NCBI GenBank assembly: GCA_027604505.1
Contig: JADIIX010000178.1
Location: 1 to 38,055 of the forward strand
DNA: 38,055 nt
Reading direction: 5' to 3'
Source of the DNA: Gonapodya sp. JEL0774
Lineage: Eukaryota
Below the pieces are notes generated by a model, which made no database searches, was not told the DNA's origin, and was given only the letters and a program-made list of their open reading frames with translations. Made by a program: the position numbers and the translations under genes. Below, piece by piece: positions 1-12,900 of the stretch; within the stretch, counting starts at the first letter, position 1, and every line of letters begins with the position of its first letter.

Positions 1-1260
1 CACTGTGCACATGTGTGAAAGAAGCGTCATTTCATAATAAGATCACGGATTCTACAGCTATTTTAAGCCTTTTCCTGTGAACGGTGTCACTGCGATTCCA
101 CACAGCGTGAAAGTGCACTCATCATTTGTGGCAAGGAAGTTGGGGCACGCACTTGCCCTTCATATACTGTTGCACACCCTGTTTCTCCAAGGACGGTTCC
201 GGCAGAACGGGCTTATCAAACCTCAGAAAACTTGAAACTTGCCTGTTCTATCCTTAGACTGTCCTTTTTGCAATTGGGGAGAATTGCACGTCGGACAGGG
301 GTGGCGACTGAGTGGGGGCGGAAGTGAGGACGGGACAACATTGTCTATTATTATTCTTTTTTTTTTTTCTGTAGTGCATTAGAAGTTTTACATCCGGGGA
401 TGTGGTATGCAGATCTAGAGTGTCTTGGTAAAGATCATCCCGTCTATAACCCATTCCTTTGTGCACACTGTTTCGTCAAACAGGCAAGACCCACGTCCTG
501 CTCAGGTTCTTAGCATGTGTCTAAGGGGTCTGAGATGAAAGTAGAACAGTGTACTAGGTCATACGTGGGGTGTGGGGTTGACAGGCACTCACATGCATCG
601 CACGAGAGGGGGGGGTTGAGATCTGTCTCAGTTATCAATACGGCGTGAATTGGGGATATCAAGATTCGTGAAGCAAAGGTGTGAAGATATTTTGCGAATG
701 GTGGTGGAACTCAAGATAATGAAGTTTAGTATGTTAACAAAAAGCTATATACTTAAATATTCATGTGATTGAGTCGAGCAGTTCCGGTCGAATGGTTTTA
801 TCATACAATCTGGTGTATCATCCGAGTTAAATCACATGCCTGTTCTTTTGCAATTTTACAGAGAAGGCAATGCGGCGGACGAGAAAGGTGCAGGACCGGT
901 GAATCGTGGTCGCGATTTTGGGGAGAGATGGAGGGACTGTTTTTCGTGAATTCATTCTTAGTTTCGCAGTGAGACCCAGTGGTCGATAGACCGTCTCCCC
1001 GCGTGGGATTACATTTTTAGTAGGAAAAGTTCTACAGCCATGTATGGACCTTGAAAACACAGTTGTGGTGATGAGATGTGTGCCAGACTCGAATGCGTAC
1101 AGTGTGGGAGACCCAGCGCGCACTCCACCGACCACATGCAATCTCCCCTTCACGCGGAGTCTGTTTCCCTTCTCTGGAGAAGGGGACAGAGAAGGACGGA
1201 AATGGGAGTGGTGCATGGTTAGGGCAGGTGGGAGTGACTCGGAGGAGGAAGGGCAAAAGG
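1..1260. repeat. Copy A of a degenerate segmental duplication (partner about 3599-4870)
   Basis: 1-340 is nearly identical to 3599-3940 (both begin cactgtgcacatgtgtgaaagaagcgtc). Similarity continues to about 720 vs about 4330, and more weakly 780-1250 vs 4396-4870. Confidence 0.9.
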
Positions 1261-1399
1261 CAGACCGAAAAGAAAAGTGGAAATAGTGAGAAGAGATATA
1301 TGGGAAGAGACGAGATACAGAAGAATACTTCTATCACTTCCTCCTCTCTCCTTCTTTGCTTCTCGGAGGGGTTTGAACTATCCAATGCGGATTATGATT

Positions 1400-3430
1400 G
1401 TTGATAATCGAGGACGGGCAGGACAAATCCGTCACACAGTACATCACCTGCAACCGCGTTGACCACTTTCAGCTCTATTTCGCAGTCACACTCTTCTCAA
1501 CTGCAGTCAAAAGTCATCGACGCAAACATTCTGCACATACTAAGCGGACTTCATGCTGAGCTGGAACGGCGTATGCGGCCTAATCCATCAGATGGGACAC
1601 ATCGGACACCAGAATCCTTTGTAACGATCGCCCGTCAAGCTCAAGGATCGTGCTCCTCCAAGGCTGAGAGATGAAACCTGGGAGAAACTGATTGGAGGTG
1701 GTCAAGAACCACAGTACCTGGACCTGAAGGCAATAGTCAAGCTTATAAACCTAGTTTTGACAGATGGAGGGGTTGGTGCTGCGCTCGAGGCGGCAAAAGT
1801 TGACTCGAGTATGAATATGGCAGAAGAGGGGCTACCACTCACATCCGCGTAAGCGCATGAAAAGTCGAAGATGTAGTTAAACAATTCATCTTACTTCTCC
1901 ATTAGCTGTTTGACTTGACTAAGCAGAGCGTCACGTCTAATTCTGTCAAATTCTGGCGCGATATGGTGCGATGTAATGTCCTTGGCAACCAGTCCAGGTT
2001 TTCTTCAACCCCACTTCGAGCATTGTTGAAACTCGAGTGCGCCCGCAAGAGAAAGCCTCTTAAGAAGGGACATAGGAGTCTGAGATTTCTTTTCGGATTG
2101 TATATAGTTGGATGTCGGAGAATAAATAGGAAACGGCGGACATCAACCAGCTGTCAATGTGAACAGCCAGAATGCTGTTTGTTCCAGGCAGTAACTGCCC
2201 ACGTGCTCCGTGACAGAGTTGAGATGGCCGAGCGATCAATTCCCACCAAAAGCACTCCTTTAAGCAAATTGATGCTCATTACTTATCAATTCCCGAGCGA
2301 CAGTGCTTCGGAGAAAGGATTACAGATTCATTGGCGAGCTGACACCATGTCGGGATGAACCTTCCAGACTGGATGATCGATTGGTTCTGTACCAGGATAA
2401 CGGAGATTGTAACCATGGAGCTGGCAATCCCACTCAATGTGCGCCGTGTCCAAAGTCCCAGCACCGGTCTGTCGTCGAATGGAAATGGGGAATTCGAGTC
2501 ACCCTTTCCCTCCCGTCAGTTTTTGTAGCGAACCCCTAGCGAAGAACGATTCGAGACCACGATGGAGGTTTCCATATTGACGAGACCTTTCGTATTTAGC
2601 GTAAGGATCAGGTTTGAAAGTCCTGTTTCGTTTTGAAAGTGATCGTGGTGGGATGACATGACCAGCCAACCCACTGTCTGGGTTCGTATTTCTTTCCACA
2701 CAAATATAGCGGGTGGATGTTGCGATGATGGAAAAACAGCCAGGTCAGCTTGGCTCTGACACAAATGATGGAGTGTAAGATGCCGGTTCGCAATTGGTGC
2801 CAAGTGTGGAACGAACACTACATACTTGTGGTCACTCATGTGTACATGCTGGAGAACTTATTCTGCCAAATCAATATTGCTCTTGAAAGGAAGTTTCGCG
2901 TGTCCCTGAGGGGCTGTCCGTTGTTTTGGAGCCACGGCTTTTCGTTCTATGTACAAATACCCAACCATGTCTGTGTGGTCCTTCTCTGCTGTTGCGGACT
3001 CTCTCTTTTAGATGTTTTACAATTGTTTCGTTGAATGATATTGCCATGATCCGAACTGTGGGGCCACCCAGGCACAGGCCGTTCGTCACACACACTTGCC
3101 CCTCATAAACTGTCGCACACTTCTTTCTTCCAAGGACGGTTCCGGCAGAACGGGCTTATCAAACTTACCAAACCTAGCAAATCTTGAAACTTGCCTGTTC
3201 TATCCTTAGACTGTCCTTTTTGCCATTGGGGAGAAACGAACGTGTGGCGGGGGTGGAGACTGTGTTGGGGGCATAGAGAGTACGGGACAGATCGTCGTCT
3301 AGAGAGTTGCTCTTTATTTTTTGCGTTTATTTTATTTTCAATCTCGCTTGAAGACTGGATCTCCGCCTGCAGTGCAGTGCGCGATCTCGAGTGTAAACAT
3401 GAGCGATGCTGCGAAGGCTGAAAATGCGCA
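1400..3430 (-). pseudogene. Possible degenerate multi-exon gene of unknown family
   Basis: Minus strand has plausible donors and acceptors bracketing open stretches (RAKLTWLFFHHRNIHPLYLCGKKYEPR; LVDVRRFLFILRHPTIYNPKRNLRLL; DELFNYIFDFSCAYAD before gtgagt). The joins contain in-frame stops and no family was recognised. Confidence 0.25.
3090..3300. repeat. Partial third copy of the 150-350 block
   Basis: Shares cacttgccc...ccaaggacggttccggcagaacgggcttatcaaac...cttgaaacttgcctgttctatccttagactgtcctttttgc with 150-271 and 3752-3873. Confidence 0.85.
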
Positions 3431-3598
3431 TTCAAGAATCAAGTACCCATGAAAGCATCGTAAAAAATAATCAAAAACACCTTAGACCATCATCTACAGT
3501 TTTTTCACTGGTTATATTCGCGGACCACGACTTGTTGCGTTTCCTTCTCGTTCTCTGCTTCCCTTCACCCAAATTGCCGAAATGTCCATCCTTTGTCA

Positions 3599-4870
3599 CA
3601 CTGTGCACATGTGTGAAAGAAGCGTCATTTCATAATAAGATCACGGATTCTACAGCTATTTTAAGCCTTTTCCTGTGAACGGTGTCACTGCGATTCCACA
3701 CAGCGTGAAATGTGTGCACTCATCATTTGTGGCAAGGAAGCGGGGGGCACGCACTTGCCCGTCATATACTGTTACGCACCCTGTTTCTCCAAGGACGGTT
3801 CCGGCAGAACGGGCTTATCAAACCTCAGAATACTTGAAACTTGCCTGTTCTATCCTTAGACTGTCCTTTTTGCAATTGGGGAGAATTGCACGTCGGACGG
3901 GTGGCGACTGAGTGGGGGCGGAAGTGAGGACGGGACAGATTGTGGTTGGGAACATTATTTTTTTTTTGTTTTCTCTGTAGTATATGCATTAGAAGTTTTA
4001 CTTTCAGGGATGCGGTTGGCAGCTCTTGAGTCTTGGTCCCATCAATAACCCATTCTTTGTGCGCACAACGTTTGGTGAAACAGGCAAGACCCCCACGTTC
4101 CGTTCAAATTCTCAGCATGTGTCTAAGCGGTCTGAGATGAAAGTAGTAGAACAGTGTAATAGGTCATAGGTCATAGGTGGGGTGTGGGGTTGACGGGCAC
4201 TCACATGCACTGCACGAGTGGGGGCAGTCAAAAATCCGTCTCAGTTCTCAGCCCTGGCGTGAATTGGGGATATCAAAATTGGGCGAAGCGCACGAGGAGA
4301 GTTTGCGAATGGTGGAATGATGGTGGAACCACTCGGAAAAATAAAGCGTTTAAAAAACTATGATATATAAGTAAAATTTCTGCGACACTTTTCGAACGGT
4401 TCCGGCAGAACGGGCTTATCAATACAATCTGCTATCCAGCGAAGTTGAATCCCACGCCCGTTCTAACCTTAGACTGTTCTTTTGTAGGTTTTTATGGAGA
4501 AGGCAATGAATGCGGTAGACGAGAAAAGTGCGGAGGGGAGGGCACGTTTTTGCCAAGATCTGTGTGGGTTTCTTCGTGTTCTTGTTTTTTCAGTGGTTCT
4601 AGGCCATCTCCCCGACCGCCGACTGGTACTACAACAATATCTATAGTAAGAAGAGCTCGGTAACAGGGTATGGACTTTGAACTACCGCCTTGCTATTACA
4701 GTAATTGAGATGTGTGACACTCATACATAGAGGTCCCAATGCGGGTCCACCAACCGCATGCAATCTCCTCCCCCTCTCCAACAGCAGTAATAGGGCACAA
4801 GGAGAGAGAGGGGAATGGAAATGGAAATGGAAATGGGAGAGGGTGAAATGGTGGAGGGAGAGGGGATAGG
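3599..4870. repeat. Copy B of the degenerate segmental duplication
   Basis: Direct repeat of 1-1260 at an initial offset of 3598 nt, with identity decaying rightwards. Confidence 0.9.
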
Positions 4871-5118
4871 CGACATGTATGATTTCTCAGAGCTCAGTGG
4901 ACCGCAGGCTGCGATGAAAAGTTGAACCAGCGTATTAGCGTATAATAACGAATTATTGGTAGGTGGGTGCTGGGTTGAGAGACACTCACGGGTGCCGCTC
5001 GGCCCACAGGTCACTGGTGGGGGATCCAGATTCAATTCAGTTCTCAGCTCTGGTGTGTCGGTTCAGGAAACTGAAGTTTTGAGTCGCCCAAGCAAAAGGA
5101 GGAAATATATCTTTATAT

Positions 5119-5470
5119 TTGCGGTCAGACCCAGTGGTTGATAGACCATCTCCCCACGTGGGATTGTATTGCTAGTAGAAAGAGTTCTAAAGCCATGCAT
5201 GTATGGACATTTGAAAACGCAGTCGTACTGATATTGAAATGTGTGGCAGACTCAAATGTGCGTAGGTGGGCGGGGAATGCCAGGAGAGCCGACGCAGCGC
5301 GCAACACCGACCGCATGCAATCTCCCCTTCACGCAGAGTCCGTTTCGCCCCCTCGGAACATGGGGAGAGAGAGGCACGGAAATGGGGGAGGGTGGACGGG
5401 TGGGCGGTGGATAGGCTGATGGTGTGAGGGACAGAGTGGGAGTGATTGGGAGGAGGAAAGAGGAAAGAGG
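5119..5470. repeat. Additional copy of the 963-1260 block
   Basis: agacccagtggt(c/t)gatagacc(g/a)tctcccc(g/a)cgtgggatt ... catgcaatctccccttcacgc(g/a)gagtc is shared with 972-1161. A more diverged copy lies at about 4590-4860. Confidence 0.85.
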
Positions 5471-5520
5471 AAAGAAGAGAGGGCGAGATTAACGAGGAAC
5501 GTTGATTAGAGAAAGAAAAG

Positions 5521-8500
5521 ATGAGGAGAGACGGGGAGAAAGTGGAGGGGAGAGAGCGGAAGCAACAAGGGGCCGATGAGATAGCTGTGGCCGATCAGGA
5601 AGGAGGGGAGGGCGGTGGAGAGAGAGACGATCGGGGTTGCACGAGAACGTTTGTGGACGGAAGAAAGGACAGTAGGGAGGACCAAGATATGGGCAGTGAC
5701 CGGGAGGGAGCGATTCTGAGGGAGGGAGAGCGTGGGAGACAGAAAAACGCGTGTGAGAGCGAGAAACAGGAGAGGACAGAGTGGGAGGGGTGGGGAGGAG
5801 AGGAGGAGGGAGCATGGGGGAGGGAGGGGCAGTGGGCAGGGGAGCGGGATGGGGAGAGGAAGGAAACGATTGGGAGGGCACTGAGGGAGCACTTTGGACG
5901 GATCAGACGGGAGCACTACCCGCATCTGGGAGGGGTGACGCCTGCACCCCCTGCCCACTCTCCCCACACTCTCCCACCACCCGCACAGCCACCCCCCACT
6001 CCTCCACCTCCACCCCAGATCTACCTGGACAACGCCGCCTCCCCTCCATACCCCGCTCCTCTGGTCGCCGCATACGCCGCATCCCTCATCAGCCCTGCCG
6101 CCTCCTCTCTCCCTCTCCCTCTCCCCCACTCTGCCCTCCCTCTCTATGGAAACCCTCACTCTCAGGGCTCCCCCTCTGCCGCTCTCTCTGCCCACTCCGT
6201 CCAGCTCGCACGGGACCGCATACTGGCGTGAGTCTCTCTGTCCCCCTGCACCCCTCTCTCTCCCGCACTCCCCTCTCTCATATCTCCCATCCATCCCCCT
6301 CCATCTCCCCCTCTCTGCCCCCTCTCTGTCCCCTCTCTCCCCCTCTCTCTCACTTCTCTCCCCCTGCACTCACTCAGATTCCTCGACACTGATCCCTCTC
6401 AATACTCGGTCATATTCACTGCAAACGCAACAGCTGCCCTCAAACTCCTCGCTGAGTCTGTCCGTTGGGCCCCACCTCCACCTCCCACCCGTCCTCCACC
6501 CACTCAGCCACCACTCCCTCCATCCATCAACCCCACTCATCTTCCCACTGCTCCAACCACTGCGCATTCCACCACCTCACCCGTACCCGCACCTCTACAA
6601 ACACCCAAACCCCACCCTCTGAAACCCATCGCCCACTCCTTCCTCCACCTCCGTGACTCTCACACATCCGTCCTCGGCATCAGGGAACTCGTCTACCGTG
6701 CCGCAGGTATCCCAGACGAGGAACAGCAACAGGGGCTCGCGGACGGGTACCCGAACGGGACCGGCGACGTGGACGGACACGGACACCGGAACAGCGATGT
6801 GGACCTGGACCTGGACGGTGTCGGTGTCTCCGCCTCCTCCCGAGTCCGCTCCGTATCTCTCCAAGAACTTGTCCAATGGTGTCGCGCAGCCGACACCGAG
6901 ACACCGAACCTCCTTCCTACCCACCCCGACGCGGACGCGGACGCCGACGCCGCGCGCGACCCCACCTCCACCGCCGCCCACCACCACCCGACCCCGACCC
7001 CGACCCACCCACCCACCTCACCTCTCTTCAACATCCTCTCCCTCCCCCTCCAATCCAACTTCCATGGCCGCCGCGTACCCCCACACCTCATCCTTTCCAT
7101 GCTCCGCAACCCCTACTTCGTCCCCCAAACCACCCCCACCTCCTCCCACCCCGCCCTCCCCACGCTCATCCTCCTGGACCCCTCGTCCCACCTCACCACC
7201 ACCCCGCTCAGCCTCCGTACTCTCCCGGTCCACTTCCTCTGCGTCTCCCTCTACAAGATCTTTGGGTTCCCCACCGGCGTCGGCGCCCTCGTCGTCAGGA
7301 ACGACTGTGTGGGCCTGTTGTGGGATAAAGTCTACTTTGGTGGGGGGACCGTGGAAGGCGTGGAGGTCGGTGGCGGTGGCGGTGGGGGGGTGGCCATGGT
7401 GAGCGGAATCGCACCCCGCGCCGCCCCCTACAACAACCGCCGCTGGGTCCGCCGCCGCGGCCAAGCCGACATGGACGCCGCCGCCTCGCTCGGTGTTCCT
7501 CCTGGTCTACCCTTGTGGTACCCCACCACCACCTCCTCCTCCTCCCCCGTCCCCCGCACCCCCTTACCCCCGCCCCCCCCGCCCTCCCGCTTCGAAGACG
7601 GCACCCTCAACTACCTCTCCATCGCCGCCATCCCCACCGCCTTCCACTACTTCGCCACAACCCACGCGTCCCTCCCGTCCCACATCGCTCAGGCCCTGCC
7701 CGAGTGCACCTACTCCCCTTCCCCCTCCCCCTCCTCGCAGCCCCCCCTCCACCACCGCGCCTCGCTCGCCGTGTCCTGCCACGCCGCGGCGCTGGCAAAG
7801 CGCTGCTACGATAGGATGGTGGCTCTCAGGCACGGGGACGGGAGTACCGTGGTGGAAATGTACTCGGGGGATCCGGACCCCGACGTGCCCGCCGGCTCGG
7901 GACTCCAGGACCGGGACCCCTACGCGCCCCTCCAAGGCCCCATCGTGACGTTCAACCTGCTGCGTCCCCGTACCGTGCGTGACGGTGACGGGTCCGGGTC
8001 CGGGGCTTTCCCACCCGCCCGTCCCGAACACACCGCCACCTCCACCTCCACCTCCCCGCACCCCCGCCGCTACGTCGGCTCCTCCGAGGTCCAGACCCTC
8101 GCGTCCGCATGTGGGATCCACCTCCGCGCCGGGTGCTTTTGTAACCAGGGCGCGTGCGAGGAGGCGATGGGCATGGAAGAGGGGGAGGCGAGGAGGAACG
8201 TGGAGGTGGGTGGGGGTGGTTTGGGACGGGGGGGGGGGGGGGGCGGGGGTGGCGGGGGGGCAGGCACTTTGTGTGGTTGGTAAGAGTCAACTCAACTCAT
8301 TCGCCAAAATTCCGGCTCCCACCCACGCCCTCCCCAGGCGCGGCCGCCCCCGCGCCCACCCCCCCCCCCCCCCCCCCCCACACAGCTGCACGGCCACATC
8401 TGCTGGGACTCGACCGACCTCATCGCCGGCCGGCCCACGGGAGCGCTCCGCGTCTCGTTCGGCGCGTGCAACACGGTCGACGACGTGGACGCGTGGATCA

Positions 8501-9863
8501 GGTTCCTCGCCGTGTACTTTGTGGACAGGGGGGGGCAGGGGGAGGCGGTGGCCGCGGGGAACGGACACGCACAGGGCGAGCACACCCCGGACACGCACAC
8601 CGCCAGCCTGCCGGCTCCGGCCCCTACCCCTGCACTGCCCCCGACCCCGACCGTGTCCTCGCTCACCGTGTTCCCCATAAAGTCCTGCGGTGGCTACAAC
8701 GTCCCTCCCCACGTCGCGTGGCCCGTGTCCACCTCGGGGTTCTTTTTGGACCGACGGTTCGCGGTGGTGGATCCGGCGGGGACAGCGTTGAGTCAGAAGA
8801 GGGTGCCGGCTATGAGGTTGGTGAGGTGTAACAAGGTGGAGAAGGGGGTGCGGGAGGGTATAGGGGGGTGGGTCGAGGTGGAGGTGGGCGGGGACGTGGT
8901 GAGGGTGGACCTGGCCGACAAGGACGGGGACAGGGCCAGGGGGAGGGGGGCCGAGATCGGGGCCAGGGTGTGTGGGGATCGGTGAGTTGTGTGTGTGTAG
9001 GGGGGGGGGCGGGGGGGCCCCGGCGCCGCGCGGGCGGGCCCCGCGCCGGCGGGGGGCGTGCGCGACTGGGCGAGTGTGCGAATGAGTCCCATTGGGACCG
9101 TGTTGTGCCGAGTCCGGAAGGCTCACCTCGCTCCATCACCCCATGTGCCCCCGCCCCGCCAAGCGTCACCGCCATCCCCGCATCATCGCCCATCATTTCT
9201 TCCCGCTTATCGTCCTTCCTTGGCATCCCCGACCTCCGCCTCATCGAGACCTCCCCGTCCACCGTTCGCAAGTCCCGTCTGGCCAGGCAACCCCCCAGCC
9301 CCCCACCCACCCGCGCCGACCAAACCGAATCGCACACCACACACACACACAGCGACTCTGTTCACCACCATCTCCCACCACCGCAACCAGACTCGACCTC
9401 GACCTCGCTCTCCTTTGCCAACGAGTCTCAGTTCCTCCTCGTGAACCGCGCCAGCCACGACGATCTGGTGGCCTACCTCGGTGCCACGGCCCCCGTCGAC
9501 GACGATCCGGACCGGCTGCGAGAGGATCTGGCACACCTGGACATCTCGTGCTATCGGGCAAACATTGTGGTGGACGGACTCGCTCCCTGGGAGGAAGAAC
9601 GGTGGGTGGGGAGAACCATCGAGATCGCGGGACCCGAGGGGGCCAAGCAGGTGTTTCGGGTTTTGGCGGGTTGTGGGCGGTGTGGTATGGTGTGCATTAA
9701 TCAAAAGACAGGGTTGAGGGGAAGGGAGCCCTACGGGACCTTGTCTCGAATGGGTAAGAAGGACAAGGGCCGGTTGGTCTTTGGAGTGCATTTGGCACAT
9801 GTGAGAGAAGAATCCACCGTACCACATGTTTTGCAAGCTGGGTGGACATTGAGCGTGACGTAA
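5521..9863 (+). CDS. hxB: Molybdenum cofactor sulfurase (class V PLP aminotransferase-like domain + MOSC_N + MOSC), HxB/MOCOS/ABA3 family
   Basis: Inferred exons 5521-6227, 6378-8205, 8386-8981, 9164-9863 join in frame. Motifs: IYLDNAA, LYGNPHS, VIFTANATAALKL, DSHTSVLGIRE, QSNFHG, SLYKIFGFPTGVGAL (PLP lysine), YFGGGTV, RFEDGT, IHLRAGCFCNQGAC (catalytic Cys), GALRVSFG, VFPIKSC, LDRRF, SFANESQFLLVN, YRANIVV, CGRCGMVCINQ. Start codon uncertain. Confidence 0.95.
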
Positions 9864-9941
9864 GTGTGTGCAAGCCTCATTTGTAATTGCTGCTACTGTA
9901 CACGATAGAATGGCAATAACGATGCTCGAATCCCGATAAAA

Positions 9942-12900
9942 TCAATACCCCTGCCCCGCTTTGAAAGAATGCCACATATAAGTGACGAAGAGCCAGACCA
10001 AAAAGAGAACCGCTGCAGTGGCCATGGAGCTTTGCTCGACCAGTGCCGGGGTTGGTGCGAATGCGACGTAGACCTTGTTCGTACCGCAAGGATTGTTAAA
10101 CACCACCAAAAGGAGAACGGCGACATAATGTAGGGACACCTACCTTGAATTCTGTTTCCAGGATACAATAATGGAAGTCCGCAAAAACCCGAAAATGGTA
10201 GAGTTCTGATCCCTGACGTTTTCGAAGTTCGTTTGATGATTGCGTGAGAAAACCGAGAAAGAGCACTGTCCTCAAGGAGAATGCACGAGCTTGTAAAAAC
10301 TCACCGACCATGTGATCGAATCAACGAGCGGATCCAATACAGCAGATTCGAGGGATGCAGGGTCATCGCAATTGTCAGCGGCTGCGATAACAGAACGAAG
10401 GGATGTTGAACCTGACATGATCGGTCCTTCGACAAGCGTCCACAATGACCAGACAACTCACAGCTGATACAGTAATCGATCCGCCCGTTCAGTTCTTTAA
10501 GAGTGAAGCTATGTGTGAATGTAGCCGGGTCCTTACCGTGCTCGTAAACAACAATATTGGGCATGTACGACTGAGAGTAGAGGGCACGAGCAACCTGCGA
10601 TTGTCGTCAAAGAGGAAAATTGGGTAACGAAGCCGAGAACTTGGTGGCAGTGTCTCCAACCTTATCAATACAATCAGAGTCTGCAACAAATTCGGAGTAT
10701 CTTTGAGCGTCTGTGCAGTTGCACTCCGCACGAGATGTCGCATTCGCGCACTGCTTGAATGCTCCAGTGGTTCTGCTGATCCAGTATCGGTCATTGTGTC
10801 GAGGAAGACCAGGGGCTGCATTGTAAATGTTATTGGTCGTGGGTATCATCTGCCCTTCTTTCGACGGAGGCCGATAGTTGAACGGAAGGGTCTCGACGAG
10901 AGGGATGTCATATATCAAGGTCCCCGATCCGTACAAAAAATTCTCCATGTCCAGATCCTGCTCGATTCTAATCGCTCGAGTCGGCGGGCACTGACTAAAA
11001 AGCAGAACAGTGGTGGTCGGCTCAGTGCATGAGAGCGAGTTGGCTGCTGGTCGAATGGAAATGATGTTTCGCCCCTGTTTGTGATGGTGAGTTTTGATAA
11101 TTGTTCACTCTCAGAGAGACCCACAGAGGGAAAGAAATATTTTACCATCGTCCCGGTGTCGGCAATGGTCAGACTTAATCCACTTTGAATGTCGGTGCCC
11201 ACCCCACTCAAACTAATGTCACACGCCTCATGTAAGGTTGGATTCGTAACACTGAAGGATAACTCAGAGGCCCAAGCTAGTTGGTTTGCGGTGTCGCTTC
11301 CGCTTTTGATGCTGAGTATTCGAAGAGTTGAGGACAACGTGACATTCTCGTGATACCCCAAGTATACCAGTGTGCCAGGGATGGTCGAATCAAAATTGCT
11401 CCATCGACAGCGTTCCACGCGCAACGCCCATGGTCTCCGCCGAAACGCCGTTGTCGGGGGACTGGTAGACAGAGAAAAGTCGAAGTTGGCAGACAACGGA
11501 TAGATTTTCCACGCACTGGACGGATAAATGGCAGCGGGAATGCTCGTGAGCATTGATATCTCAAAGCCGGTTGCTGAGTTGACCTTTTGAATCACACCGA
11601 ACCCTGGAGAGATGTCCAAAATCATTCCAACATCTGCGAAATGTTATGATTTCATTGGGGTGGCAGTGAATTTTGGGAAACAGTCACAACAGGAAATGTA
11701 AAAACGAGCCCCTGTCAGCGGTAGATTTTCCTTACGTTTCGCACTCATTTTCATTATTCCAGCTGATATTTGGCAGGATGCCAGCCCAGGAGCTGAGCCC
11801 GTCCCAACAGCTTGTACTGTGACGGTTTGAGCGAGAGTTTGTGTTTCATCGATCCAATTTCGGAAGTCGTACATCTGCCACAGTCCTGACATCACGGTGA
11901 TGCTTCCAGTGTTGTCTGTCCCATAAGTTGGTGGCCAAACCGTGAGTCCTCTGGCGGAGGTCGCGGACACAACTGAGGTAACGACGATTGCACCTCCATT
12001 AATCACGATAGTTCGCCCAATATCACTCAGTAGCCACGTTCCAGTCACTGAATTGCTACCCGTTGTTGGAACAAGGGTCAGCACCAAACCGGTTCGAACT
12101 ATTGGATTCCAATCCTGAAGTTTCGGAGGGACAGCAGAGTTCCAGTACGTAGCATTCAGACCAGATACCTGAAGCCCGTCAGCCACAGCTTTACTCATAT
12201 CACTACTGACATGATCAAAGTTCACTGTCGCGAGGCAGCTGGCAACTGTCAGCTCGGAATTGAGTTCATCGATTACACACTCCCCGGATTCCGTCTCTGG
12301 GTCCTGAGTTTGAACAATTCTTTTCAAAATGTGCCAAGTCCTCCAATACACACCGTTTGCCGGTCCCAGGGAATCCACGTCGTATATCCACATCCACCAC
12401 CGGGATGCACCCAAAGGTATTGGAACTAGGACTCCTCTGAAGCTGCTGTCGGCAACATCAACCACACTAGTTATAGGCAATGACAAACGTGTAATGCCAA
12501 GATTTTCATCGAGTGTTCCTGTGCTGTCTTTGAGGAAGCCCAGAGGGTAGAGGGTGGGATTCGTGTATCGCGTAACATCGGTGACGTGCGGCACTTTAAT
12601 CACACTTGCATCTCCCACTTCATCGAAATAGAGCGCGTTATGAAAGCTACCGACCAGAGGATCAAGGAGGAGAGAGGAAGCAAGAACGAGGTCATCGCTG
12701 CCTGTTTTGCCGTAGTAGATCCTCTGATAATTGGTGCGCAGAGCATATGCACCGTTCGACGGTGTCGAGTCAAGCTCTTCAAAGTATTCACCAGGTGGGA
12801 GCTCTTCTTGGAGCGTGAAATACCTCCCACCATCAATAGACTTCCAAAGCTCGGAGCCGAACACGTAAACTTCCTGCTCCTGGGCGTGAACTTGTATCCC

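Noticed and set aside
779..812. Minus-strand peptide YDKTIRPE resembling the N-terminus of Cys-loop receptors
   Set aside because: Very short match flanked by stops; sister copies read DKPVLPE, so it is likely chance.
193..4422. 27-bp motif repeated four times, superficially CRISPR-like
   Set aside because: Spacing is irregular (about 600-2900 nt), the flanks are also homologous, there are no cas genes, and the context is eukaryotic.
5489..9836. Many long overlapping Pro/Gly/Arg-rich ORFs on both strands
   Set aside because: Shadow frames of the GC-rich Moco sulfurase gene; only one spliced frame carries conserved motifs.
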